Shown here piece after piece: positions 61,942 through 64,000 of a DNA stretch of 64,000 nt. The translations under genes were made by a program, and so were the position numbers. Below the pieces are notes generated by a model that searched no databases, had not been told where the DNA came from, and saw only the letters and a program-made list of their open reading frames with translations. Numbering within the stretch: the stretch's first letter is position 1; every line of letters begins with the position of its first letter. This DNA comes from Chloroflexota bacterium. GTDB lineage: Bacteria > Chloroflexota > Limnocylindria > QHBO01. The stretch covers positions 894,486-958,485 of the forward strand of contig JAILWI010000001.1 of the NCBI GenBank assembly GCA_025699005.1, in the 5' to 3' direction.

Positions 61942-61944
61942 CGC

Positions 61945-63543
61945 GTGTTCTGGGCTGACGAGCTCGCCGCGGCGGCTACCGGCCCGCAGGTCGTCAACGA
62001 CTCGAAGACGCCATCGGGGACCGTCCACGTCGGGAGCCTCCGCGGGCCGGTCGTGGTCGACACGATCGCGCGAGCGCTGCGGGGAGCCGGCGTTCCGGTG
62101 GAGCTGCGCTACGGCGTCGACGACCTCGACCCGATGGACGCCCAGGCCCTCCTCACGCCGGACGCCATCGAGCGCTCGATGGGCGTGCCGCTGGCCCACG
62201 TCCCCGATCCCGCCGGGGACTGCCACGACTCCTATGCGCGCCACTTCGCCGGCGTCTTCATCGACACGTTCGACGGGTTGGGCATTCGCCCCGACACCTA
62301 TTACTGGATGAGCGAGGTCTATGCGTCGGGGGCCATGGATCCGTTCATCCGTCGCGCGCTCGACGGAGCGGCGGTCATCCGCGACATCTATCGGCGCGTG
62401 GCGAAGGTCAACCACCCCGACGAGTGGCATCCCCTCTTCGTGATCTGCGAGTCGTGCGGCCGGATCGGCACGACGATCGTCACCGGCTGGGACGGCGAGC
62501 ACGTGCGCTACGAGTGCCGCGCCGACCTCGTGACCTGGGCGAGCGGCTGCGGCCATTCCGGCGAGACATCCCCGTTCGGGGGGCGCGCGAAGCTTCCGTA
62601 CAACGTCGACTGGGCCGCGAAGTGGGAGCTCTTCGGCGTGACGATCGAGCCGGCGGGCAAGGACCTTTCCACGGCGGGCGGCTCGCGTGATCGTTCGGAC
62701 GCGATCAGCCGCGAGGTGTTCGGGAACGAGCCGCCGCTCAACGTCCCCTACGAGTTCCTCAACATCGGGGGGAAGAAGATGTCGACCTCGAAGGGGCTCG
62801 GCGCGTCCGCGGCCCAGGTGGCCGACGTCGTCCCGCCGGAGCAGCTGCGGCTCCTCTTCCTGCGGCCGAAGCCGAACACCGCCATCGAGTTCGATCCCCA
62901 CGGCACCGATGCCATTCCGCGCCTGTTCGACGAGTCCGACCGCCTGGCGGCGGCCACCGACGGGCGTGAGGTCCGGGGCGAGCTGCCGGCCGACCACGAG
63001 CGGCTCTTCCGCTACAGCCTGGTCGAGCCCGATGCCGATGTCGCGGCCGAAGCGGCCGCGTTTCGCCCCGCCTTCAGCCACCTCGCGCTGCTCGAGCAGA
63101 TCCCCGGCGTCGACGTTCTCGAGCGGGTCACGGCGGAGCACGGTGCTCCGCTCTCGGAGCGCGAGTCCGGCATCGTGGAGGAGCGGCGCGCCGCCGCCCG
63201 GGCGTGGCTGGCCTCGTTCGCGCCGGATTCGGCGCGGATCGCGGTGCGCGAAGAATTGCCCGACGAGGCCGCGGCGCTGACCGACCCGCAGCGCGGGTAC
63301 CTTCGCGCCCTGGCCGAAGCGACCGCCGAGTCGACGCCCGATTCGGGCGAGGCGTGGCAGGCGCTCATCTTCACGATTGCCAAGTCCAGCGGCCTGCCAG
63401 CCGGTGACGCCTTCCGGGCCGTCTACCTCGCGTTTCTTGGCCGTCCCAACGGGCCGCGGGCCGGATGGCTGGTCGCGTCCCTCGAGGCCTCCTTCGTTCG
63501 GCAGCGGCTCGTCGAGGCGAGCGCCGTGGCGGCGCCGTCATGA
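61945..63543 (+). CDS. lysK: Lysine--tRNA ligase, class I
   Basis: FWAD, TPSGTVHVG, DDLDPMD, CESCG, AGKD, KMSTSKG, GPRAG. Confidence 0.95.
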   Translation: MFWADELAAAATGPQVVNDSKTPSGTVHVGSLRGPVVVDTIARALRGAGVPVELRYGVDDLDPMDAQALLTPDAIERSMGVPLAHVPDPAGDCHDSYARHFAGVFIDTFDGLGIRPDTYYWMSEVYASGAMDPFIRRALDGAAVIRDIYRRVAKVNHPDEWHPLFVICESCGRIGTTIVTGWDGEHVRYECRADLVTWASGCGHSGETSPFGGRAKLPYNVDWAAKWELFGVTIEPAGKDLSTAGGSRDRSDAISREVFGNEPPLNVPYEFLNIGGKKMSTSKGLGASAAQVADVVPPEQLRLLFLRPKPNTAIEFDPHGTDAIPRLFDESDRLAAATDGREVRGELPADHERLFRYSLVEPDADVAAEAAAFRPAFSHLALLEQIPGVDVLERVTAEHGAPLSERESGIVEERRAAARAWLASFAPDSARIAVREELPDEAAALTDPQRGYLRALAEATAESTPDSGEAWQALIFTIAKSSGLPAGDAFRAVYLAFLGRPNGPRAGWLVASLEASFVRQRLVEASAVAAPS

Positions 63544-64000
63544 GCGTCGGGGTTCAGCGCCTGCGCGACGACCCCGAGACGCTCCGTCGCGGGGCTGCCG
63601 ACAAGGGCGAGGATCCTTCGATCGTCGATCGCGCCATCGACCTCGACGAACGCCGCCGCGCGCTCGTCGCGGAGGCGGATGCGCTGAAGGCCGAGCGCAA
63701 TGCGTCGAGCAAGCGCATCGGCGAGGCGATCCGCGGCGGCGCGGATCCGAACGGGCCCGAGGTGGCCGACCTCAAGTCCGCGTCGACGGCGGCGGGGGAG
63801 CGGATCGACGCGATGGATACCGAGCTGGCAGCGATCGAAGCCGACCTCGAGGACGCGATGCTCCGCATCCCGAACCCCGCCGATCCCGATGTGCCGGTGG
63901 GCGGCGAGGAGGCGAACGTCACCGTCCGCACCTGGGGCGAGCCGCTGCCCGTCGACGGCAGGCGACCGCATTGGGACCTGGCCGACGAGCTCGGACTCAT
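63540..64000 (+). CDS. serS: Serine--tRNA ligase, N-terminal part (runs off window)
   Basis: Own translation: MSVGVQRLRDDP...LDERRR...LKAERNASSKRIG...RIPNPADPDVPVGGEEAN...HWDL. Confidence 0.93.
   Translation, partial: MSVGVQRLRDDPETLRRGAADKGEDPSIVDRAIDLDERRRALVAEADALKAERNASSKRIGEAIRGGADPNGPEVADLKSASTAAGERIDAMDTELAAIEADLEDAMLRIPNPADPDVPVGGEEANVTVRTWGEPLPVDGRRPHWDLADELGL

Overview
High-GC (~70%+, by eye) bacterial chromosomal window of mostly core and metabolic genes, with no mobile elements, CRISPR array, rRNA or tRNA recognised. Class I LysRS, a Cys4-insert sigma-54 and actinobacteria-like enzymes suggest a Chloroflexota-type genome (inference). Contents: a peptide ABC transporter, an MshC-like CysRS paralog, a split B12 acyl-CoA mutase (isobutyryl-CoA mutase signature) with MeaB and a butyryl-CoA oxidation block, an osmoprotectant ABC transporter, two GT-C glycosyltransferases, coaX-coaBC-panC, ndk, lepB, rpoN, hppA, uppP, greA, lysK and serS (partial). 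Strongest hidden signal: an unusual sigma-54 carrying a CxxC-x8-CxxC insert, with at least five well-spaced -24/-12 promoters. These lie before rpoN itself, dodecin, an RlpA-like protein, a DUF5808-like protein and an unannotated 32-aa peptide, set against a background of leaderless sigma-70 promoters. Also notable: a PanC with a rewired active site, a catalytically dead GDH paralog beside an intact one, a repeat-IDR/RHH/winged-helix protein and a greA leader attenuator. All calls come from reading motifs by eye; no searches were run.
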